In this document: positions 56,724 to 64,000 of the stretch, one piece after another
Layout of the letters: every line of letters starts with the position of its first letter
Numbering within the stretch: position 1 is the stretch's first letter
Source of the DNA: Polyangiaceae bacterium
Lineage (GTDB): Bacteria > Myxococcota_A > Polyangia > Polyangiales > Polyangiaceae
Reading direction: 5' to 3'
Assembly: GCA_965222375.1 (NCBI GenBank)
Contig: CBDCTZ010000014.1
Location: forward strand, 1,152,001 to 1,216,000
DNA: 64,000 bases
Notes under the pieces: generated by a model
Told to the model about the DNA's origin: nothing
What the model saw: the letters and a program-made list of their open reading frames with translations, nothing else
Databases searched by the model: none
Translations under genes and position numbers: made by a program

Positions 56724-58201
56724 GTAACTCTACGATTGCAATAGATGCCGTGCGTGTGCGCAAGAAAGCGAACCTCCGTCGTATGCGCGCTCGTCGCCTG
56801 CGGGTCGAAGACCTGAACCTGGGCGTGACATCCGCTTCGGCGTGTCACGCCACCCTCGGCGCCATTCGCGGCAGCGTGTCGGATCTCTCGCTGACGGGCC
56901 TCGCGATTGCGGTGCCCGGAGCCGCGGCGAGCCAGGGCTTGGTCCTGGTCGGCGACCGACTGACCGACCTGGTCGTAACCTGCCCCACCGGAGTCCTACA
57001 CGAGGGCACGGCCAGCGTCCGCCGGGTTGCGGATAATGGCAGCGATCTGGTGCTGGGCAGCGAACTGGACTCCCAGGGCATCGACCTCGGATTGGTGTAC
57101 CGCCTGGGCACTCGACACGGCTTTGCTGAGCGCTTTCAGGCGGTCGTTGGCTCCACGGAAGTGAGCCGGATATTCGCCGAGTTCAAAGCCTGGGTCGCAG
57201 ACTTGCGTGCCTACCTCCTGGCAACCCGGAACTTCTTGATCGAGGAGGAGCGCGGCCTGGACGGGATGGACAAGCTCACCCGCGACCAAACGTTGCAGGC
57301 CTACTTGGACGAAGCAACGCCGCTCTTGGTGGAACGCATGAACGCCGCGTCCCAGCAGCTGTCCGACTTCGCCTCTAGGCTATCCGATGATCAGCACCCC
57401 CACTACCGCGCCTACTTCCGAGCCCACCTGCTTTCGCTGATCTGCGAATCGCCGCTCTTGCGCCGTGCCTTCGAGAAGCCCCTCGGCTACGCCGGCGACT
57501 ACGAGATGATGAACATGTTGTATCGGGATCATGCTGAGGGCGCATCCCTGTTTGCGCGCGCTCTCAACGTCTACGGTGCCCAAGAGCCCGCGGCCCGCGC
57601 CAACATCAACCGCCTCGAGTACCTGGGACACAAGATCTCGGAAATGGTCGCAGAGCGCGAGGGGCGGGTCCGCATCGCCAGCATCGGCTGTGGCCCAGCG
57701 GGGGAGATCAGTCAGTTGCTCGAAAAGCGACCCGAACTCGGAGAACGCCTTGACGTCGCGTTGATCGATCAAGAGCGACGCGCCATTGCGTTTTGCGAAC
57801 GCACCTTGGGACCGGTGGCGGCCCAGACCGGCGCCAAGGTTCAATTCATCGAGGAGTCCGTGCGTCGTCTGTTGACGGCGCGCGAGCTATCGAGAACTCT
57901 CGGGCGCAGGGAGCTGATCTACAGCGCCGGACTATTCGACTATCTGAACTCGAGGAGCGTTGCGGCACTCTTGAACGCATTGTATGAAGCCCTCGTTCCG
58001 GGTGGGAACCTCTTTGTCGGCAACGTCGCGGCCCACAACCCCACTCGCTACTTCATGGAGTACTGCCTGGATTGGTTTCTGATCCATCGCTCTCCGGACG
58101 AATTGTTGGGGTTTGCTGAAGGCTTGACACCTAAGCCGAGCCTTGCGGAAGTGGACTCCGAGCCCCTCGGCGTGAATCTGTTCTTGCATGTGATCAAATG
58201 A
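56720..58201 (+). CDS. PhcB-like SAM-dependent methyltransferase with N-terminal PilZ-like domain
   Basis: DLSLTGL; RAFEKPLGYAGDYEMMN; IASIGCGPAGE; YSAGLFDYL; LVPGG.LFVGN; LDWFLIHRS. Confidence 0.75.
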   Translation: MSNSTIAIDAVRVRKKANLRRMRARRLRVEDLNLGVTSASACHATLGAIRGSVSDLSLTGLAIAVPGAAASQGLVLVGDRLTDLVVTCPTGVLHEGTASVRRVADNGSDLVLGSELDSQGIDLGLVYRLGTRHGFAERFQAVVGSTEVSRIFAEFKAWVADLRAYLLATRNFLIEEERGLDGMDKLTRDQTLQAYLDEATPLLVERMNAASQQLSDFASRLSDDQHPHYRAYFRAHLLSLICESPLLRRAFEKPLGYAGDYEMMNMLYRDHAEGASLFARALNVYGAQEPAARANINRLEYLGHKISEMVAEREGRVRIASIGCGPAGEISQLLEKRPELGERLDVALIDQERRAIAFCERTLGPVAAQTGAKVQFIEESVRRLLTARELSRTLGRRELIYSAGLFDYLNSRSVAALLNALYEALVPGGNLFVGNVAAHNPTRYFMEYCLDWFLIHRSPDELLGFAEGLTPKPSLAEVDSEPLGVNLFLHVIK

Positions 58202-60726
58202 CCCAAGCCCGAGCACCGGGCGCGAGCTTTGATAGCCACCTCGCCCAAGTGAACCTCAATGGGGCGCGGCTGGGCTACCTGCTCTCCGCGATTCTCATGC
58301 CCGCGGGGTTCGCTTTGGACTTGGCGATGGCGCCCGACCGCGTTGGCGAGTTCTTCGCGATTCGTTGCGTGGCGAGCGTAGCCGCCTTGGCGCTGCTCGT
58401 CGTCAGTCACAGGCCTTGGGCCATTAGCCACCCGGTGCTGTTGGGTGCAGGGCCGCCGCTGGTGTGCGCATCGAGCATTCAAGCGATGATCCTGCGACTG
58501 GATGGCGTCGTTTCGCCCTACTACGCGGGATTGAACCTCTGCATTCTTGCGGTTGGCGTGCTCTATACTTGGCGCTGGCGCCACGCCCTCGCCGTCAGCG
58601 GCGTAATCGTGATGCTGTGGCTGGTACCCGCGATTCCATCGGCCTTGGATGGCAGCTTGCCGATACGCCCGTTCTTCAACAACCTGTACTTCCTGACGTT
58701 GACCACGGTGATCTCGGTGGCCTCGACCGTGATTCGCTTCCGCTCCGCGGAGCGTGAGTTCACTGCTCGAGATCAACTCGAACAGACCAGTGAAGAGCTC
58801 GCGGCCACCCTGGAGCAACTGAGGGAAGTCGATCGTCTGAAAAGCGAGTTCTTTGCCAACATCTCCCACGAGCTGCGAACACCACTGACCCTGATCTTGA
58901 GCCCCGTCGAGGACTTGCTTGCCACGGAGCGGCCGGAGCGTGAACATTCTGCGCTCAGTATCGTCCGGCGCAATGCGCAGCGCCTGCTCCGGTTGATTGA
59001 CGACCTGCTCGACCTGGCACGTCTCGAGGCCGGAGGTTTGCGTTTGCGGGTCGCCGAGTTGGATCTGGCAGACCTCGCCCGGCGGGTGGTCGATATGAGT
59101 CGCCCGACGGCTGACCAAAGGGGGCTGTCCTTGGAAGTGCCGGAACTCGAGTCTACTTCCGATGTGCACGGCGATCCCCATCGCCTCGAGATGATCGTTA
59201 CCAACCTGGTGAGCAACGCTCTGAAGTTCACTCCCGAGGGAGGCAAGGTGACTGTGAGCGTCGTATTGGACGAGGCTACCGCGATCTTGCGCGTGACGGA
59301 CACCGGGCCGGGCATCGATGAGGACCAGCAGAAGAGGATCTTCGATCGCTTCTACCAGGTCGAGGGCTCTGAGCGCCGTCGCCATGGCGGCGCGGGGATC
59401 GGGCTTGCCCTTGCACGAGAATTAGCCCGCCTGCACGGCGGGGAGCTGCGCGTTGAGAGCACAGTGGGACAGGGCGCGACCTTCATCTTGACGTTGCCGG
59501 TCGGTTTGGACCACTTCAGCGAGGAAGTGCTGGAACGCCGCCGGGTTGCTCAGGAAGCCCATCCCGGGCGCCGAGTTTCGGATCGCGAGTTTTCCGTCCC
59601 CGTCGCCGGGGAAGGAGGTGCGGTTGTCACCAGCAGAAAGGAATCCCCCATCCGTCTCGACCGCGGTCGTCGGGCACGAATACTCGTGGTCGAAGATGAA
59701 GCCGACTTGCGGGCCTTCATCGCCACAGCGCTCGGGGAGGAGTTTGACGTGATCGTGGCCGCGGATGGTGCCGACGCCCTCGAAAAGGCCCGGGAGAAGC
59801 GTCCGGATCTCGTGTTGACGGACGTGATGATGCCGAACGTCAGCGGTACGGATCTGTGCCGCGCCATCAAAGCCGACCCCAGCATGAAGAGCACACCCGT
59901 GGTCATGCTGACGGCGCGTTCCGGTTCGGATTCGACTCTGGAAGCCTATTCCGCGGGTGCGGATGACTTCGTCACCAAGCCCTTTCACACCCGTGTGCTG
60001 ATCGCGCGGATCCGCGCCCAACTCAAACTCCGCGCCCTGGGGCTACAGCTTGCCAATCAAGCGCGACTTTCTACCGCTGGGACTCTCGCTGCGGGCATTG
60101 CCCATGAGGTCAAGAACCCCGTCAACGCAATCCTCAATGCCGCAAAGCTCCTGGCCCGGGGAGAAAGCAAGAAAGTGCCGCGCGAGCGCTTGCTTGCGGT
60201 GCTCCAAGATGGCGCTACCCGGGTCGTTGACATCGTTTCTTCCCTGGAGGAGCACGTGCGCCCCGCCGAACAGGATGGAGTGACGACCTGCTCCGTCGAC
60301 GAGGGGCTCGATTCGTCGCTACGCCTCCTAGCCCACAAGTTCGATGGCATCACAGTGCACAAGAGGTACCGCGCGCAGCGCGACGTGGTTGCGAGCGCGC
60401 GACAGCTCAATCAGGTCTTCCTGAACTTGTTGGACAACGCTGGCAAGGCAAAGCCAAAGAACATCTGGTTGACCACCGAAGAGATCCCCGGCAGTGGGGT
60501 GGCCATCGCCGTGGAGGACGATGGCGAGGGCGTTCCTCCCGAGGTTGCGGCGCTGCTATTCGAGCCCTTCTTCACGACCCGCGGGGTCACTGAAGGAACC
60601 GGGCTTGGTCTTTTTCTGTGCCGGCGCATCGTCGACGACGCGGGGGGCACGCTGCGCTACGAGGATCGGGAAGGCGGCGGGGCTCGGTTCGTCGTCGAAC
60701 TGCCTGCGATGGAGGCAGCGGCGTGA
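58198..60726 (+). CDS. Membrane hybrid histidine kinase, TM-HisKA-HATPase-REC-HisKA-HATPase (PhcS+PhcR-like)
   Basis: Multi-TM sensor with LMPAG..LD and SPYYAGLNL; SHELRTPL; NALKFT; DTGPGI; REC TDVMMP; AHEVKNP; DDGEG; GTGLGL. Confidence 0.9.
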   Translation: MTQARAPGASFDSHLAQVNLNGARLGYLLSAILMPAGFALDLAMAPDRVGEFFAIRCVASVAALALLVVSHRPWAISHPVLLGAGPPLVCASSIQAMILRLDGVVSPYYAGLNLCILAVGVLYTWRWRHALAVSGVIVMLWLVPAIPSALDGSLPIRPFFNNLYFLTLTTVISVASTVIRFRSAEREFTARDQLEQTSEELAATLEQLREVDRLKSEFFANISHELRTPLTLILSPVEDLLATERPEREHSALSIVRRNAQRLLRLIDDLLDLARLEAGGLRLRVAELDLADLARRVVDMSRPTADQRGLSLEVPELESTSDVHGDPHRLEMIVTNLVSNALKFTPEGGKVTVSVVLDEATAILRVTDTGPGIDEDQQKRIFDRFYQVEGSERRRHGGAGIGLALARELARLHGGELRVESTVGQGATFILTLPVGLDHFSEEVLERRRVAQEAHPGRRVSDREFSVPVAGEGGAVVTSRKESPIRLDRGRRARILVVEDEADLRAFIATALGEEFDVIVAADGADALEKAREKRPDLVLTDVMMPNVSGTDLCRAIKADPSMKSTPVVMLTARSGSDSTLEAYSAGADDFVTKPFHTRVLIARIRAQLKLRALGLQLANQARLSTAGTLAAGIAHEVKNPVNAILNAAKLLARGESKKVPRERLLAVLQDGATRVVDIVSSLEEHVRPAEQDGVTTCSVDEGLDSSLRLLAHKFDGITVHKRYRAQRDVVASARQLNQVFLNLLDNAGKAKPKNIWLTTEEIPGSGVAIAVEDDGEGVPPEVAALLFEPFFTTRGVTEGTGLGLFLCRRIVDDAGGTLRYEDREGGGARFVVELPAMEAAA

Positions 60727-61865
60727 GCGGTTTGGTACTCTTGGTGGATGACGACGAGGCGAACCTCGTCGTATGCGAAGCGGCCTTGGACGACATCGAG
60801 TGCCAGACTGCGGTCGACGCCGCTACCGCTCTGGAAGTGTTGCATACGCGCGAGGTCGCGGTCTTGCTCACGGATCAACGAATGCCGGGAATGACGGGCG
60901 TCGAGCTCTGTGAGGCAGCGCGCAAAGAGTCCCCGGAGACGATTCGCATTCTGATTACGGCGTATTCGGATCTACGGGCCGCGATCGATGCCATCAACCT
61001 GGGGCAGGTGCGACGCTACTTGCGGAAGCCTTGGGAGCCCGAGGAGCTCTCGGCGGAGGTGCGGGATGCCCTGGACGTATACAATCTCAGTTCGCGCCTG
61101 CGCCTCGCTGAACAGCGCCTACGGCGCACGGAGCAGCTCTACGCGCTCGGCGTGGCTTCGGCGGAAGTGGCTCACGAGATCAACAATCCCCTGTCGTTCA
61201 TCGTAAACAACCACGACTTCATTCGTTCAGCGATTAAGGAGGTACGGTCGACTTTGGCGGCGGAGCGCCCCAAGGCGGCTGAGCTGCACACTGTGCTTGA
61301 TCAAGTCGATGAGGCCTTGGAGGACATGCACGATGGCTTGACTCGGATTTCGAGCATCGTGCGCGGCATCAGCATGCCATCCCGAGACGGGCAAAACGAC
61401 GACAAGGTGGACCTGGGCGATGTCGTTCGCCTGTCCCTGAGGCTGGTCAAGACGGAACTCGGCAAGCGAGCGTCTCTAGTCGTCGACGCGAACGGCGGGC
61501 CTTTCGTTCGAGGGTCGGCTACCAAGCTTGGGCAGGTGCTGATCAATCTGTTGATGAACGCCATCCAGGCCTTTGGCGATCGCCCTCGGGGTCAGAACAT
61601 TGTCTTCATCGACGTGGGCGCCGATGGCGAGTGGGCCTATGTGCGAGTTGGTGACAACGGTCCTGGGCTCGACGATGCCACGATGGAGCGGATCTTCGAG
61701 CCCTTCTTCACTACGAAGGGTGACCAAGGCACCGGCCTTGGATTGGCTATCTGCCGCACTCTGGTGGAAGAGCACTCGGGGGCGTTGACCGCTGGGGGTC
61801 GGTCGGGCGGCGGCGCGCTGTTCACAGTCAGGCTGCCGCGGCTGGAGATGAGCGCGTTGGAGTAG
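60723..61865 (+). CDS. Cytoplasmic REC-HisKA-HATPase hybrid (PhcQ/PhcR-like)
   Basis: GTG start overlapping upstream TGA; LLVDDD, TDQRMPGMTG, YLRKPW; AHEINNPL; DNGPG; GTGLGL. Confidence 0.9.
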   Translation: MSGLVLLVDDDEANLVVCEAALDDIECQTAVDAATALEVLHTREVAVLLTDQRMPGMTGVELCEAARKESPETIRILITAYSDLRAAIDAINLGQVRRYLRKPWEPEELSAEVRDALDVYNLSSRLRLAEQRLRRTEQLYALGVASAEVAHEINNPLSFIVNNHDFIRSAIKEVRSTLAAERPKAAELHTVLDQVDEALEDMHDGLTRISSIVRGISMPSRDGQNDDKVDLGDVVRLSLRLVKTELGKRASLVVDANGGPFVRGSATKLGQVLINLLMNAIQAFGDRPRGQNIVFIDVGADGEWAYVRVGDNGPGLDDATMERIFEPFFTTKGDQGTGLGLAICRTLVEEHSGALTAGGRSGGGALFTVRLPRLEMSALE

Positions 61866-61916
61866 GTGTATCGGGCAAACTGGGCGTGAGCCTTCAGCGT
61901 GTTAGGCTTCGCATAG

Positions 61917-63743
61917 ATGGCGATGCCGCAGAGCCGTGACCTTTCCTACATGCTCTGGCGAGAGCGTGTCGCCAAGCGACCGAAGCACTGGGTACGCGCC
62001 GTAACGGCTTGCAACAGCCGCTGCGTGTTCTGCTTGGATTCCGACACGCCACGCAACGTGTACTTGGATGAGGCGGAGATTCAGGGCGAAATCGATCGCG
62101 GAATCGACGAGCTAGGTGCGGACAAGCTGATCCTTTCCGGGGGCGAGGCGACGCTGCACCCGAAATTCGCGGACCTAGTGGCCTATGCCAAGGGGCGGGG
62201 ATACGACCGAGTGCAAACGGTCACCAATGGCTACCGGCTGGCGGAAAAGGAGTTCTTCGACAAGTGCATGGCCGCCGGGCTGGGAGAGATTACGTTCAGC
62301 ATCCACGGTCACACGGAGGCTCTCCACGACCGCCTGACCGGTACCCCGGGTGCCTTCAAGCGCATCGTGAAGGGCATCGTCCGGGCACTGCGCGATGGGC
62401 GCCCCATCGTCAACGTGGACATCGTTATCAACAAGCAGAACGTTGCTGTCCTCGACAAGATCATCGAACTCTGCATATCCCTAGGGGTCACAGAGTTCGA
62501 CCTGCTGCACGTGATCCCTCAGGCCGCCGCCTTCGACAATCGCGATCAGCTATTTTACGATGTGCGGGATCATCTGCCTGTCTTGCAGAAGGTTTTCCGC
62601 CTCGGCCGGCATCCTCGTTTCGTGGTCTGGACGAACCGCTTCCCAGTATCGTTCCTGGAGGGGTTAGAAGACCTGATTCAGGACCCCCACAAGATGCTGG
62701 ACGAGGTGAACGGTAGACGATTCCAATTGCGCCGCTACTTGGATGAAGGCGCCCCCCTCGACTGCAGGCATGTCGAGCGCTGCCCCCATTGCTTCATCGA
62801 ACCCTTTTGCACAAGCACGGATCGGGTGATCGAGGGCCAGCACAAAAAGAGCTTCCAGGTGTACTGGGTGGGTGAGGAGGCAGCTCCGGAAGGCCTGCCT
62901 TTCGGCTGCAGTTCGCTGGGCGTGGCCGTCGCAGACATGGGTGCCCTTGCAGCGGCGCAAGTGCCCCAAGGCTGCGGTGTTTACGCGCGGGTCGAAGAAC
63001 CTGGGCCAATTGCTGGAGTGGACCACCGCCCCCTCACTATGGTTGCATCGTCCGCAGCGCAGCTGGAGACCTGGCTTCCAGATTTGCCTTCGGACGTCGA
63101 GCTGGAAATAGAGCTCAATGTGAAAACCGCGCCGTGGATCTTGAGCCATCGCGGCGTAGTAGAGCCGACGCTGGCCCAACTCTGCGTGGTTCAGCCGGGT
63201 CACGAGTACCTCGAATCTGCGATGCGGCAAGACGTTCCTGAGCCACGACTCTATTTCGAACAACTGAACTTGCCGATTCGAGTCAGTGGTTTGCCGGCGT
63301 GCCTGATCCCGGGTGCGCTATGGGAACCGGAGCGTAGGATCCTCGAGGCACAGCTATTCGATGACCAGACCGGGCGCCTGGATATCAAAGAGTTGGCGCG
63401 TTTTCACGTGACCAACAAGTACCGCGCGAAGAGCGTGCGCTGTGCGGACTGTCGCCTCGATGCGCGTTGCGAAGGTGCCCACATCAACTGGATCCGCCAT
63501 CAGGGACTAGCCCAGCTCTCCCCAATCGAAAGCAACGAAGACCCCCGGGTCGCGCGTTTGAACCAGCTCTTGCCCGAGCCGCCGGGCCGACTCGCCACCG
63601 GCGCTCCGAGTCAACCCGTTGCCGACAGCCTGCCGGGCTATCCTGGCCCAATCAAAGCGCCTCCGGATCCACTGATGGTTGCGGCGCGGGAACGCGACAA
63701 CAAACGTCGCGCTCGACGCGGGCTCCCCATCATCATGGAATGA
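61917..63743 (+). CDS. Radical SAM protein with two additional Cys clusters
   Basis: CNSRCVFC, SGGEATLHP, TVTNG, FSIHG; CRHVERCPHCFIEPFC; CADCRLDARCEG. Confidence 0.88.
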   Translation: MAMPQSRDLSYMLWRERVAKRPKHWVRAVTACNSRCVFCLDSDTPRNVYLDEAEIQGEIDRGIDELGADKLILSGGEATLHPKFADLVAYAKGRGYDRVQTVTNGYRLAEKEFFDKCMAAGLGEITFSIHGHTEALHDRLTGTPGAFKRIVKGIVRALRDGRPIVNVDIVINKQNVAVLDKIIELCISLGVTEFDLLHVIPQAAAFDNRDQLFYDVRDHLPVLQKVFRLGRHPRFVVWTNRFPVSFLEGLEDLIQDPHKMLDEVNGRRFQLRRYLDEGAPLDCRHVERCPHCFIEPFCTSTDRVIEGQHKKSFQVYWVGEEAAPEGLPFGCSSLGVAVADMGALAAAQVPQGCGVYARVEEPGPIAGVDHRPLTMVASSAAQLETWLPDLPSDVELEIELNVKTAPWILSHRGVVEPTLAQLCVVQPGHEYLESAMRQDVPEPRLYFEQLNLPIRVSGLPACLIPGALWEPERRILEAQLFDDQTGRLDIKELARFHVTNKYRAKSVRCADCRLDARCEGAHINWIRHQGLAQLSPIESNEDPRVARLNQLLPEPPGRLATGAPSQPVADSLPGYPGPIKAPPDPLMVAARERDNKRRARRGLPIIME

Positions 63744-63765
63744 CTCGGGGTGAGGCAGGGGCGGC

Positions 63766-64000
63766 TCAGCCGCCTAGCGCAACCAGCGCGTCTGTAGAGC
63801 GTGTCCCGTCTGCGTAGGCGTCGACTTCGTGGGCAACGGCACACAAAGAATGACCCGCGGTGTCCGCCAGAGTCGATAGTTCCGTGACCAAGTGATGATC
63901 AAAACCGCTGTCCTCGGCTGTTCGTGCGAATGCGGCGAGTTCAGTTGCCGGTGACGAGGGTAGGAAGATCGTATTGTAGCTGACCTTCTGACCTTCTCCC
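63766..64000 (-). CDS. Possible 3' end of a gene entering from beyond the window
   Basis: Open frame GEGQKVSYNTIFLPSS...ALVALGG* ending 22 bp from the rSAM stop; a second minus frame is also open, so the frame is uncertain. Confidence 0.3.
   Translation of the reverse strand, partial: GEGQKVSYNTIFLPSSPATELAAFARTAEDSGFDHHLVTELSTLADTAGHSLCAVAHEVDAYADGTRSTDALVALGG

Overview
GC-rich, gene-dense bacterial chromosome segment with a myxobacterial (Myxococcota, probably Polyangiales-like) signature: many Gly/Pro-rich and Cys-rich lipoproteins, a Ser/Thr kinase-TPR/PEGA module, FGE-sulfatase paralogues and sigma54 promoters. The taxon is inferred from gene content only. I found no rRNA, tRNA, CRISPR array or intact mobile element. 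Recognisable loci: a compact cd1 nitrite reductase/heme d1 cluster (nirS-J-F-DL) whose NirS is a lipoprotein with an extra heme c domain; PuuD urate oxidase; SNF2 helicase; PhoX; an AckA-PduL fusion upstream of a multiheme cytochrome. Best candidates for undescribed systems: (1) a phcB/S/R/Q-like fatty-acid-methyl-ester quorum-sensing operon (56.1-61.9 kb) flanked by an HExxH peptide-modifying enzyme and a radical SAM enzyme; (2) a PlpX-like radical SAM/SPASM splicease next to a Zn-ribbon lipoprotein carrying two duplicated AYG motifs (25.6-27.5 kb); (3) a three-lipoprotein operon sharing one Cys-rich helical domain and headed by a MACPF-like domain (30.8-34.0 kb); (4) an HhH protein / pentapeptide-bactofilin fusion / bactofilin operon (38.2-41.3 kb). 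All functional calls come from motif recognition by eye; no searches were run.
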